From Heterodontus francisci (taxonomy: Eukaryota), in the NCBI RefSeq assembly GCF_036365525.1, contig NC_090380.1, forward strand, positions 72,405,757 through 72,469,756: a stretch of DNA of 64,000 nucleotides, read 5' to 3'. Position numbers and translations under genes: made by a program. The number at the start of each line of letters is the position of its first letter. Position 1 is the first letter of the stretch. A model generated the notes under the pieces. That model ran no database searches. It saw only the letters and a list, made by a program, of their open reading frames with translations, and was not told the DNA's origin. Positions 26,440 to 38,200 of this stretch are shown here, piece by piece.

Positions 26440-27300
26440 ATTGCGATGAGCCAACAACAGTGCCTCGGGTGGCTTCGCTTTACTGAGGAGGTAATGACAG
26501 ACTTGTGTCACCTCCTTCACAACGACCCAGAGCCTCAAACCAGGGTGAGAACTGCCCTCCCAATGGAAATCACTGTTCCCCTTTTGTTTTCACAATTGGT
26601 TCCTTTCAGGTGGCAGCTGGCGACATCAACCATATATCACAATTTGCTGTCTACAGAAGCAAGCATCTGAGAGGCAGAGAGGTGCGCTACAGTATGAAAG
26701 GGGGCTTCATCACTTCTCCCTGTGGTCGGAAGACCAGGATGAAAGGGCATGTGGGTTCCCAGGATAGTGGACTTCCTGATGTTCCAGGGTGCCATCCACT
26801 GCATCCACTGCTCTGTGGACTCTCCACATAACGGGGAACAATACAGGAAGCGTTAGGGCTACAATTCAGTCAATGTGCAGATGGTTCATGGCCACACCAG
26901 GAAATTCATCTCAGTGAATGCCTGCTATCCTGGAAGCACCAACCTTCATCCTGCAACAATCTGCAATACCCACTGTCTTTGGGCCACCAAGACAGACAAC
27001 AGGATAGCTGCTCGGAGATGAGGGATACCTCCTCCACACATAGCTCCTGATTTCCCCTTCCATCATCCCACCAAATGAGTTCCGAGGTACAAGAAGAGCC
27101 ATGATGCCACATGTAACACCTTTGGTCTACTAAGTTTTGCTGCTTAGATCGCTCGGGGGAGATCCCTGCAGTACAAGTCCGAGAGGGTCTTCATGTTTGT
27201 GGTGGTGTGCTGTGTTCTCCCCAACCTCATGATTATGAGGGCCCAGCTACTACCCCCTGTGATCCGGAGGCCACTTCCAGGGACAGGAGGAGGAGGAGGG
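26440..27300 (+). pseudogene. Frameshifted Harbinger (HARBI1-type DDE) transposase
   Basis: Motifs in shifting frames: MSQQQCL..LRFTEEV.TDLCHLL, RTALP, GSFQVAAGDINHISQFAV, QGAI.C.H, GYNSVNVQMV (~26857), YPGS, LLGDEGY (~27008), CLDRSG, VVVCCVL.NL. Confidence 0.85.
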
Positions 27301-27381
27301 GGAAGAGAGGACACTACATGCATCAGCTGGACGGAGCAAGATGGACTGCGTAAGTTGAAAGGAACTTCCTCACCCCCAAGA

Positions 27382-27742
27382 GGGGGAGATGGTGGGGTAG
27401 TGGTAATGTCACTGGGCTAGTAATCCAGAGACCCGGGCTAAGGCCCTGTGGACACGGGTTCAATCCCACCATGGCAGCTGGTGGAATTTAAATTCAATTA
27501 ATTAATAATCTGGAATAGAAAGCGAGTCTCAGTAATGGTGCCATGAAACTATCAGCGATTGTTATAAAAATCCAACTGGTTCACTGATGTCCTTTAGGGA
27601 AGGAAATCTGCCATCCTTACCTGGTCTGGCCTATATGTGACTCCAGACCCACAGCAATGTGGTTGACTTGTAACTGCCCTCTGAAATGACCTAGAAAGCC
27701 ACTCAGTTATCAAAGGCAATTAGGGATAGGCAACAAATGCTG
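27382..27742 (+). mobile_element. tRNA-derived SINE carrying the LINE family B 3' tail
   Basis: A-box-like TGGGGTAGTGG (27393-27403), B-box GGTTCAATCCC (27457-27467); ends 'ggcaattagggataggcaacaaatgctg'. Confidence 0.8.
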
Positions 27743-27759
27743 ATGGAAGGCTGTTGATT

Positions 27760-29430
27760 TTCAGTAGTGGAGACTGCAGGGTAACCTCGAGCAGCTCCAG
27801 ACCTTCAGACTGCACAACTTCGGCATGGGCGACAGCAGTCTGAGCTGGCTGGCTGAGAGGCACAGTAAGGTCACTGACCAAGTGGCAGTGGTGGGAGCGC
27901 AGATACTATCCGCCTGAGACAGGACAGTAAGTTCAAGCTCTGCGGTGTCACTGCCACTGGTACAGGACGTCACCTCAGCATCCACAATGACAGCTCTCTG
28001 TGCCTGGATGGCAGCAGTCTGAGTCTGCATATCAGCAGCCAGAGATCTGAAGACCTCTGTCTGAGTTTCCACTGCAGCACTGATACATCAGAATGACTCC
28101 ACTTGTGCTGCAGTGGAAGCTGAGACTGCAGCCAGTAGAAACTCCATCATGGATCAGTCTGGCAGTGCAGCCATGGAAGTGCCTACCACTTGCACAGTGG
28201 AAAGGATGGGCTACAAGCTCTGCATGATGCCATGTGCCATGGTGGAGTCAGACTCCTCCATGTTCCAAGCCAGTGACTGTAGGTTATCTAGCAGATTCGC
28301 CAATGCACTGAACATCTCTGCCTGCACATTTATCACTGTTTTCCTGTAGTCTGAGGGCTCCTCATCTGAGTCCACTGTAACAGAACTGATGTGTGAACTC
28401 GCCCTCTGACGAGTTCACACACAAACTGACCTATACCCTTGGGCCTGGCTGCAGCCCACTCGTGCCCAGTGGCTCACCACTTGCATATCCCGACTCTCTC
28501 ATGCTCCCGCTGGGCTGGTGGCTGTGAGTGTTAGTCATTCTGCGTGAGGCTACAGGGGCTGAGCAGCTGGCAGTTCTTAGCTATCTGAAAACACAAAAGC
28601 ATAAGGGGAGAGTAGGGATAGGAGAAGGGCAAGTGGGGAGGAAATCAGCAGTTCCGCAGTCGCTCCGTCTGCAGTTTCTGTTTAATGGGACCTTTAAGGA
28701 TGAGGGTGAGGAGTGAGTGGAGACAGTGCATGTGGCAGCAACTTATCATCATTCTGGCTGGCCTCCGCTCCACCGGATGCCACTGGAACCACAGCACTGC
28801 AGCACATGATCCTCAGGACCTCCAGAGGATTGTGGGGATGTATTCATCCTGTTCCTCCTCCAGTCCTCTGGCTTTCCCACCTGTTGTGAGCCATCTTGTC
28901 CTGCAAGAGAGAGCCCAGAATGTCAGTGACTTTGTGTAAATGTGTTTGGGTGATGCTTTCTATAGCTGAATAGCTGAAGGTGTGTGGAGGCAGTGAGAGG
29001 TGTGTGTGCAGCTGCTATGCTTTGAAGGTGTGTGTGAGTGTGAGGTGTAGTGTAAGGATCTTAGGGGTGAGTCCTGAGTGTCAGGGTGTGCTGCTGGGTG
29101 AGTGATAGGGATGGTGCATTGAGCATTGTGAGGGGTGTGTGGTGTGGTTGGGGTGGTTGGTGTGAGATGTGATGTGCAGATACATGTACTCACCTTGACC
29201 ACCTGAGTGAGGTCATTAAACAGTTTTGGCACTGCTGCTAGGTCCGTGGTGCTACACTCTGGGCATTTACTACCCTCGCGACATGTTCCTTCTCCCTTCT
29301 CAGAGCCAATCCGGAGGGCTTCTTGTCCCCTGCCAGAAACATGGCCTCCCTCCTGGTTTCAGCTTCTCAGCAGAATGCGTCCAGGGCAGCATCACAGAAT
29401 GTGGGAACCTTCCCCTTCCCTTGGTGTGAC
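27760..29430 (-). pseudogene. Decayed Harbinger ORF2 (Myb/SANT-like DNA-binding protein)
   Basis: Minus strand SVAPRT*QQC..LFNDLTQVVK followed by a GTGAGT donor (~29190), a typical Myb/SANT helix end plus intron. Downstream Ala/Gln-rich coiled-coil-like ORF at 27761-28072. Confidence 0.6.
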
Positions 29431-29821
29431 ATGACTTCTCTGTGAGTGGCCAAAAGCAATTATCCAGCAGTTTGTAGTGCATTGCTGCAACTTCCCTTTT
29501 ATATGGATTCCGCCTTTGAAAAGGGGAGGCTGCCTCCAGCATGTGTTGCCTCACGAACACTACTTGGTCCCCTGGTGTGTACAAAGGAAGCCTGCATAAA
29601 ATGGAGACTGGGACTACGCAGGGTCCGTACCTTCCCACACCACAATCATGGAAATGAGGCCGATAGACGAATTTTAGGTCTAACCCACTCCATTTCCATT
29701 GGGTGCAGGCACATCACCAACTATGGGCCCCCAAGTCCAAAAATCAGGGTGAATGTATTTTGCGCCACTTATCAGTTAACTTTTCTGTGCCTTTTAGGTC
29801 CCCCGCCCACATTTGTGACAT

Positions 29822-31043
29822 TTGCTTAGCAATAACCTGCTTAGTGACGCTCAGGTTGGGTTCCGCCAGGGCCACTCAGATCCTGACCTCATTACAGCCT
29901 TGGTTCAAACATGGACAAAAGAGCTGAACTCAAGAGCTGAGGTGAGAGTGACTCCCCTTGACATCAAGGCAGCATTTGACCAAGTATGGCATCAAGGAGC
30001 CCTGGCAAAACTGGAGTCAATGGGAATCAGGGGGAAAACTCTCCGCTGGTTGGTGTCATACCTAGCGCAAAGGAAGATGGTTGTGGTTGTTGGAGGTCAA
30101 TCATCTCAGCTCCAGGACATCGCTGCAGGAGTTTCTCAGGGTAGTGTCCTAGGTCCAACCATCTTCAGCTGCTTCATCAATGGCCTTCCTTCAATCATAA
30201 GGTGAGAAGTGGGGATGTTCCTTGATGATTTCACAACATTCAGCACCATTCGCAAATCCTCAGAGACTGAAACAGTCCGTGTAAAAATGCAGCAAGAGCG
30301 GGACAATATCCAGGCTTGGGCTGATAAGTGACAAGCAACATTTGCGCCACACAAGTGCCAGGCAACGTATCTCAAACAGGAGAGAATCTAACCATCTCCT
30401 CTTGACATTCAATGGCATTGCGATCGCTGAATCCCCCTGCAGGTCAGAGCCTAGGAATCCTGCAGCGAGTAACTCATCTTCTGACTCCCCAAAGCCTGTC
30501 CACCACCTACAAGGCACAAGTCAGGAGTGTGATAGAAGACTCTCCACTTGCCTGGATGGGTGCAGCTCCAATAACACTCAAGAAGCTCGACACCATCCAG
30601 GACAAAGCAGCCCACTTGATTGACACCACATCCACAAGCATTCACTCCCTCCATTATCGATGCACAGTGGCAGCAATGTGTACCATCTATAATATGCACT
30701 GCAGCAACTCAACAAGGCTCCTTAGACAACATCTTCCAATCCCACGTTCTCTACCAGCTAGAAGGTCAAGGGCAGCAGATGCACAGGAGCACCACCACTT
30801 GCAAGTTCCTCTCCAAGCCACACACCACCCTGACTTGGAACCATATCATCGTTCCTTCAGTTTCGCTGGGTCAAATTCCTGGTACTTCCTTCCTAACAGC
30901 ACTGCAGGTGTACCTACCCCACACAGACTGCAGCGGTTCAAGAAGGCAGCTCACCACCACCTTCTCAAGGGCAATTAGGGATGGGCAATAAATGCTGTCC
31001 TAGCCAGCGACACCCACAACCCATGAACGAATAAAAATAAAAT
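29822..31043 (+). mobile_element. LINE family B, 5'-truncated, with an internal deletion near 30437
   Basis: [30 protein letters not shown]; tail 'ggcaattagggatgggcaataaatgctg...catgaacgaataaaa'. Confidence 0.9.
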
Positions 31044-31499
31044 TCTTCAATGTTCTTTGGAACTGGCTCTTAGGAAGGGTGTGAGCATGATATGGGTTGA
31101 CTTGCTAATTATCCACCCCCTCTTCCTCTGACTAACGGCCTCGCCTCTACTTGTATCCTTCCCAATGACAAGGTCTGAAACCACATCCAAGCCGTTCATG
31201 ATGAAGCATGTTTGTGCAGCAAGATGATGCACAGTTGGGCGCCTCTATCATGATTTACATCCTGGATCATCTCTATCCCAAGAATGAATTTTACTCCAGC
31301 CATTACTAAGTTGTTCTAATTTGTTAACATCTGATGAGGAAAGTAATCATTACATTTCGTTTACTAATGAATTGAGATCTGTATAACACATGCGATAGTG
31401 ACCTTAGACATTTTCAGAACTCATTGATCTGCAGTGACTTTTCTCATGGCCTTGCTTGACAGCAACTTACTTTCTTTCTCTTTCTTTTGACTCAGCAAT

Positions 31500-32000
31500 T
31501 TTGTCTCTGAGTCAGAACTTTGTGGGTTCAAGCCCCGCACTTTAGTACAATACACAGGGAGTGCTACATTCTCAAAGAGGCAAAGATCTTTTTAACCAAA
31601 CTCATATCGCAGGAAAGTGACAGGACCAGATTGGCCGCCCATTTTACACCTCACCAGATTTTACATTCAATGGATTTTGGGCAAAGTGTAAAATGAGCAG
31701 CTTGATCCAATCCTGTAACTTATTCACTTTGGTGGGGGGGTTAGGTTAAAATTTCTTTCAAATGAGAGTTTAAATCCAGGTTTAATCTGCCTGTTCGCGT
31801 AGACATAAAGGATCCCATCATGTTATTTGAAGAAGAGCATGGAGTTAACTGAGCGAGTGTCCTAGCTAATATTCATCCTTCAACCAGCCTCATGAAAATG
31901 AATTGGTCATTCATTGAATTTACTTTGTGATTTTGCTATGTCTAAGTTGACTGCCACCTTTATCTGCATAAAAGCAATGACTGCACTTCAAGCCAAAAGC
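31500..32000 (+). mobile_element. Deu-domain SINE (SacSINE1-like) interrupted by a fold-back MITE
   Basis: Head 'ctctgagtcagaac..gtgggttcaagcccc'; body 'taaaggatcccat...tttgaagaagagca...gtcctagctaatattcatccttcaacc'. Confidence 0.7.
31585..31755. mobile_element. Small fold-back MITE
   Basis: TTTTAACCAAAC/GTTAGGTTAAAA near the ends; internal CATTTTACAC (31640-31649) pairs with GTGTAAAATG (31686-31695). Confidence 0.65.
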
Positions 32001-32617
32001 ACATCACAGAGTGAAATGTTTACAGAATGAGACAGGAACAGGGTGAGACTAAAATCTTTTAAAATGGGAATTTATTAAGAGTGAGATGGTGAGTCAGAGA
32101 TGAGCTGTGGGAAAGTAGTACAGAAATTTGCTTTTTAGTCAACTGAAAATTAAGCTTAGATTTTAATTTGTGCAATCACAAGTCAGTTGGCAGTTAACTG
32201 TCAAGTCAACTGCAAGTAGGTCAATGGCAAAATATTAATTAAATTCTGTGTTTGGAGGCCATAGATACAATATTATTGTAAGATTTCAAACAGAAGGCAG
32301 AAGAAACTTGTTTACAGAGTTCTGAGGCAGTGGCATATTTTTCAGGCTTAGTAGTTGAGGCAGAAATGATGGTCCACATTAGGGATTAGATTGTTTTGGT
32401 AAGTCTCTTGTTTTCCCCCTCCAAGCAGCAATACTTCTGAAATTGGGAGTTAATTTATCAGTGTTAGATTTCTTTACATATGTATATCTGTGCTTTTCAA
32501 TTTTCAATTTTTGTTTCGCTCTCTCTTCACTTCCAGTTTCTCCTCTTTCACCTCTGATCTTTTTCTTTTACTTTTGTTTTCCTCTGCATTTTTTTCTCTC
32601 TACCTCATCCATTATTT

Positions 32618-32962
32618 AGGGCGGCACAGTGGCGCAGTGGTTAGCACCGCAGCCTCACAGCTCCAGCGACCCGGGTTCAATTCTGGGTACTGCCTGTGTG
32701 GAGTTTGCAAGTTCTCCCTGTGTTTGCGTGGGTTTCCTCCGGGTGCTGCGGTTTCCTCCCACATGCCAAAGACTTGCAGGTTGGTAGGTAAATTGGCCAT
32801 TATAAATTGCCCCTAGTATAGGTAGGTGGTAGGGAAATATAGGGACAGGTGGGGATGTGATAGAAATATGGAATTAGTGTATGATTAGTATAAATGGGTG
32901 GTTGATGGTCGGCACAGACTCGGTGGGACGAAGGGCCTGTTTCAGTGCTGTATCTCTAAACT
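32618..32962 (+). mobile_element. HE1/V-SINE-like tRNA-derived SINE, young; its (TAAAC)n tail continues at 34095-34119
   Basis: A box TGGCGCAGTGG, B box GGTTCAATTC, V-domain-like 'gtgtggagtttgcaagttctccctgtg..tgcgtgggtttcctccgggtgc', CR1-like 3' end. Confidence 0.9.
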
Positions 32963-34094
32963 CTTCTCTTTGGCCTCCTTATCTCGAGAGACAATGGATA
33001 AGCGCCTGGAGGTGGTCAGTGGTGTGTGGAGCAGCGCCTGGAGTGGCTATAAAGGCCAATTCTAGAGTGACAGGCTCTTCCACAGGTGCTGCAGAGAAAT
33101 TTGTTTGTCGGGGCTGTTACACAGTTGGCTCTCCCCTTGCGCCTCTGTCTTTTTTCCTGCCAACTGCTAAGTCTCTTCGACTCGCCACATTTTAGCCCCG
33201 TCTTTATGGCTGCCCGCCAGCTCTGGCGAATGCTGGCAACTGACTCCCACGACTTGTGATCAATGTCACAGGATTTCATGTCGCGTTTGCAGATGTCTTT
33301 AAAGGGGAGACATGGACGGCCGGTGGGTCTGATACCAGTGGCGAGCTCGCTGTACAATGTGTCTTTGGGGATCCTGCCATCTTCCATGCGGCTCACATGG
33401 CCAAGCCATCTCAAGCACCGCTGACTCAGTAGTGTGTATAAGCTGGGGATGTTGGCCGCCTCGAGGACTTCTGTGTTGGAGATACGGTCCTGCCACCTGA
33501 TGCCAAGTATTCTCTGGAGGCAGCGAAGATGGAATGAATTGAGATGTCGCTCTTGGCTGACATACGTTGTCCAGGCCTCGCTGCCATAGAGCAAGGTACT
33601 GAGGACACAGGCCTGATACACTCGGACCTTTGTGTTCCGTGTCAGTGCGCCATTTTCCCACACTCTCTTGGCCAGTCTGGACATAGCAGTGGAAGCCTTT
33701 CCCATGCGCTTGTTGATTTCTGCATCTAGAGACAGGTTACTGGTGGTAGTTGAGCCTAGGTAGGTGAACTCTTGAACCACTTCCAGAGCGTGGTCGCCAA
33801 TATTGATGGATGGAGCATTTCTGACGTCCTGCCCCATGATGTTTGTTTTCTTGAGGCTGATGGTTAGGCCAAATTCATTGCAGGCAGCCGCAAACCTGTC
33901 AGTGAGACTCTGCAGGCACTCTGCAGTGTGAGATGTTAAAGCAGCATCGTCAGCAAAGAGGAGTTCCCTGATGAGGACTTTCCGTACTTTGGACTTCGCT
34001 CTTAGACGGGCAAGGTTGAACAACCTGCCCCCTGATCTTGTGTGGAGGAAAATTCCTTCTTCTGAGGACTTGAACACATGTGAAAGCAGCAGGG
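32963..34094 (-). mobile_element. 5'-truncated RTE LINE, young, inserted in the SINE tail
   Basis: Intact 353-aa ORF with LLFADD; 11-bp TSD ATCTCTAAACT at 32952-32962 and 34095-34105. Confidence 0.93.
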
Positions 34095-35224
34095 ATCTCT
34101 AAACTAAACTAAACTAAACCACAAAGAACAGAGAAAACTAAGTAAAAAATACGAAGAGGAACTGAGGGAAACTTCATGAATAAGAATAAAGGATTAAGGA
34201 AAGTGATGAATAACATTATCGAAACAATTTGGTGTTGGCTGAAATTAAATATAAATAAACCTTCACATTATCATGTTTTCCCTAAATTTTCATTAAAAAT
34301 TTTTATTTTTTATATTTTGTGTAAACCATTCCTATGTTCCTGATTTTTACCCAATTCTTTCTTTTGGCATATTATTATCTTTCATTTAATATCTAGTTTT
34401 TCCATCTATTTGGTGTTGTAAATATTGCATCTGCAGAAAAAAATGAGACTTACCCAGTGAAGAAAAGAGACTTCACCAAGTAAGAAGAAAATTGACAGGA
34501 ATATTGGTTGGTGAACAAACAGATTCTGTGCATTCAGCAATCAGAAGAAATTTTATTATAATATTATAAACACACACACTGAAAAATATTTAATATTTCT
34601 TGATTATCATCTTTCATCCAATTGCACTAATTTTTAATCATTATTGGAAATGTGTGACTTGAAATATCACCAGGTGAAATTGGGTATTATGTTAATGGCA
34701 AGAACTAAGGCACTGTCCTGAGTGGGACATAAAGGCTGAATATGATTGGGACAGAAATGGAGCAACTGTCTATTCTAATCATGCTGGATGCCTACCAATG
34801 ACCGCAGCTTGAAAGACATACAGGATCTCAGCAGATGACTTTCAATTTATGTTTAAAATAAACGAATGGTTCTCTTGACAGTTTTGTACATTTGTCCTGT
34901 GAGTGGCTGTGCCACACAGGCCAGTCTTGTGCTGTCAGCTGATCTTCATTGGGGCAGCAGTAAGGGGCTTGGAGCACCCCTGAGTTACCACTCCTTGCAG
35001 TGCCACATGTTCTAAGAAGACCTGCTAGGTTGCAGAGTTGTCCTGCATATGCTGCTAAGTGGACTCCACCTGCAGCACCTTGTTTGTCATGGCTGCCAGT
35101 GCCAGCACCAGTGCTTGAAACTTTGGAAATAAAGGGCCTGATTTTAACCCATTCAAAACCCACCCACTTGCACAGAGGTAAAATTGGGCTCAAAGTGCTT
35201 TTAAAAACTGGACTCGAAATCCTG

Positions 35225-38200
35225 ATCTCCTTACTGGAAGCACGGGTTTCAGAGCTGGAGCGGCGGCTTGGGATACTGTGGAGCATCCGCGAGGCAGAGA
35301 GTATCGTGGATAACATGTATAGAGAGGTGGTCACGACGCAGGCTCAGACTCCACAGGCAGGAAGGGAATGGGTGACCACCAGGTAGAAAAAGAGGACTAG
35401 GCAGGCAGTGCAGAATTCTCCCGTGCCTATTCCCCTGCAAAACAGATATACTGCTTTGGATACTGTTGGGAGGAATAGTGTCTCAGGGGAAAGCAACAGC
35501 AGCAACAGCCCAATTCGTTGCACCACGGTTGGCTCTGCTGCACAGGGAAAGAGTAAAAAGTGCGGGAATTCAATAGTTATAGGGGATTCAATTGTAAGGG
35601 GAATAGATAGGTGTTTCTGTGGCCACAAACGAAACTCCAGGATGGTATGTTGCCTCCCTGGTGCTAGGGTGAAGGATGTCTCAGAGCGGTTACAGGACAT
35701 TCTGAAGGGGGAGGGTGAACAGTCCGTGGTCGTGGTATACATAGGTACAAACGACGTAGGTAAAAAAAAGGATGAGGTCCTAAAAGCAGAATATAGGGAA
35801 TTAGGAAGTAAGTTGAAAAGTAGGACCTCAAAGGTAGTGATCTCAGGATTACTACCAGTGCCACATGCTCTAGTCAGAGTAGAAATAGCAAGATATATCA
35901 AATGAATACGTGGCTGAAGAGATGGTGTGAGGGGGAGGGTTTTAGATTCCTGGGACATTGGGACCAGTTCTGGGGGAGGTGGGACCAGTACAAACTGGAC
36001 GGGTTACACCTGGGCAGGACCGGGACTGATGTCGTAGGGGGAGTATTTGCCAGAGTGGCTGGGGAGGGTTTAAACTAAAATAGCAGGGGGATGGGAACCT
36101 TTGCAAGGAGTCAGAGGAGGGGGGGGATCAAGGACAAGAACAAAAGACAGTAAGGGGAATAAGAAAAGTGATAGGCAGAGAAATCAAGGGCCAGAATCAA
36201 ACAGGGTCACAGTGAAAAATAGTGGAAAGGGGAGAAGTAATGTTAAAAAGACACGCCTTAAGGCTTTGTGCCTTAACGCGTGGAGCATTCGCAATAAAGT
36301 GGATGAATTAATCGCGCAAATACATGTAAATGGGTATGATATACTCAGGATTACAGAGATATGGCTGCAGGGTGACCAGGGATGGGAAATGAACATCTAG
36401 GGGTATTTAGAAAGGACAGACAAAAAGCAAAAGGCGGTGGAGTTGCATTTCTGGTTTAAGAGGAAATTAACACAATAGTGAGGAAAGACATCACTGCAGG
36501 AGTTCCTCAGGGTCGTGTCCTAGGCCCAACCATCTTCAGCTGCTTCATCAATGACCTTCCTTCAATCATAAGGTCAGAAGTGGGGATGTTCGCTGATGAT
36601 TGCACAATGTTCAGCACCATTCGTGACTCCTCAGATACTGAAGCTGTCCGTGTAGAAATGCAGCAAGACCTGGACAATATCCAGGCTTGGGCTTATAGAT
36701 GGCAAGTAACATTTGCGCCACACAAGTGCCAGGCAATGACCATCTCCAACAAGAGAGAATCTAACCATCTCCCCTTGACATTCAACAGCATTACCATCGC
36801 TGAATCCCCCACTATCAACATCCTAGGGGCTACCATTGACCAGAAATTGAACTGGAGTAGCCATATAAATACCGTGGCTACAAGAGCAGGTCAGAGGCTA
36901 GGAATCCTGTGGCGAGTAACTCACCTCCTGACTCCCCAAAGCCTGTCCACCATCTACAAGGCACATGTCAGGAGTGTGATGGAATACTCTCCACTTGCCT
37001 GGATGGGTGCAGCTCCAACAACACTCAAGAAGCTCGACACCATCCAGGACAAAGCAGCCCGCTTGATTGGCACCCCATCTACAAACATTCACTCCCTCCA
37101 CCACCGACGCACAGTGGCAGCAGTGTGTACCATCTACAAAATGCACTGCAGCAATGCACCAAGGCTCCTTTGAGAGCAACTTCCAAACCCGCGACCTCTA
37201 CCAACTAGAAGGACAAGGGCAGCAAATACATGGGAACACCACCACCTGCAAGTTCTCCTCCAAGTCACACACCATCCTGACTTGGAACTATATCGCCGTC
37301 CCTTCACTGTCGCTGGGTCAAAATCCTGGAACTCCCTTCCTAACAGCACTGTGGGTATACCTACCCCAAATGGACTGCAGCGGTTCAAGAAGGCAGCCCA
37401 CCACCACCTTCTCAAGGGCAATTAGGGATGGGTAATAAATGCTGGCCTGGCCAGCGTCGCCCACATCCCATGAATGAACAAAAAATAAATATTAGCTCTG
37501 ACAATGTGGAATCTGTTTGGGTAGAGCTGAGAAACACTAAGAGGCAAAAAACATTAGTGGGGGTTGGATATAGACCCACAAACTGCAGTGGTGATGTTGA
37601 GAATGGCATTAAACAGGAAATTAGAGACGCATGCGATAAAGGAACATCTGTAATTATGGGTGACATTAATCTGCATATAGATTGGGCAAATCAAATTCGT
37701 CACAATACCATAGAGGAGGAATTCATGGAGTGTATACGGGATGGTTTTCTGGAATAATACGTTGAGGAACCAACAAGTGAACAGGCCATCCTAGACTGGG
37801 TATTGTGTAATGAGAGAAGAATAATTGACAATCTAGATGTGCAAGACTGCTTGGGGATAAGCGACCATAATATGATAGAATTCTTCATCAAGATGGAGAG
37901 TGACATATTTGATTCTGAGACAAGGATCCTGAATCTTAATAAAGGAAACTACGAAGGTATGAAGCGTGAGTTGGCCATGATGGATAGGGAAACGTTACTT
38001 CAAGGGATGACGGTGGATAGGCAATGGCAAACATTTAAAGAGCACATGGATGAACTGCAACAATTGTTTATTCCTGTCTGGTGCAAAAGTAAAATGGGAA
38101 AGGTAGCCAAACCATGGCTCACAAGGGAAATTAGAGATAGCATTAGATCCAAGGAAGAGGCATACAAATTCACCGGAAAAAACAACAGACCTGAGGATGG

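Larger units (their letters stand above)
25545..29750. mobile_element. Decayed PIF/Harbinger transposon (transposase on +, Myb/SANT-like gene on -); boundaries approximate
   Basis: Left end GGGCTGGTTTTA resembles the TIR of the non-autonomous copies. Two convergent decayed genes are listed separately. Confidence 0.7.

Noticed and set aside
31331-31365. Further hammerhead cores at CTGATGA (also at 15361)
   Set aside because: No stem II followed by GAAA and a cleavage triplet.
32618-32700. tRNA gene
   Set aside because: A and B boxes are present, but the sequence runs into a SINE body and has a near-identical dispersed copy, so it is a SINE head.
32530-34290. Old inverted repeat around the SINE/RTE insertion (pyrimidine-rich left flank, purine-rich right flank)
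   Set aside because: The similarity is short and low-complexity, so I cannot distinguish it from compositional bias.
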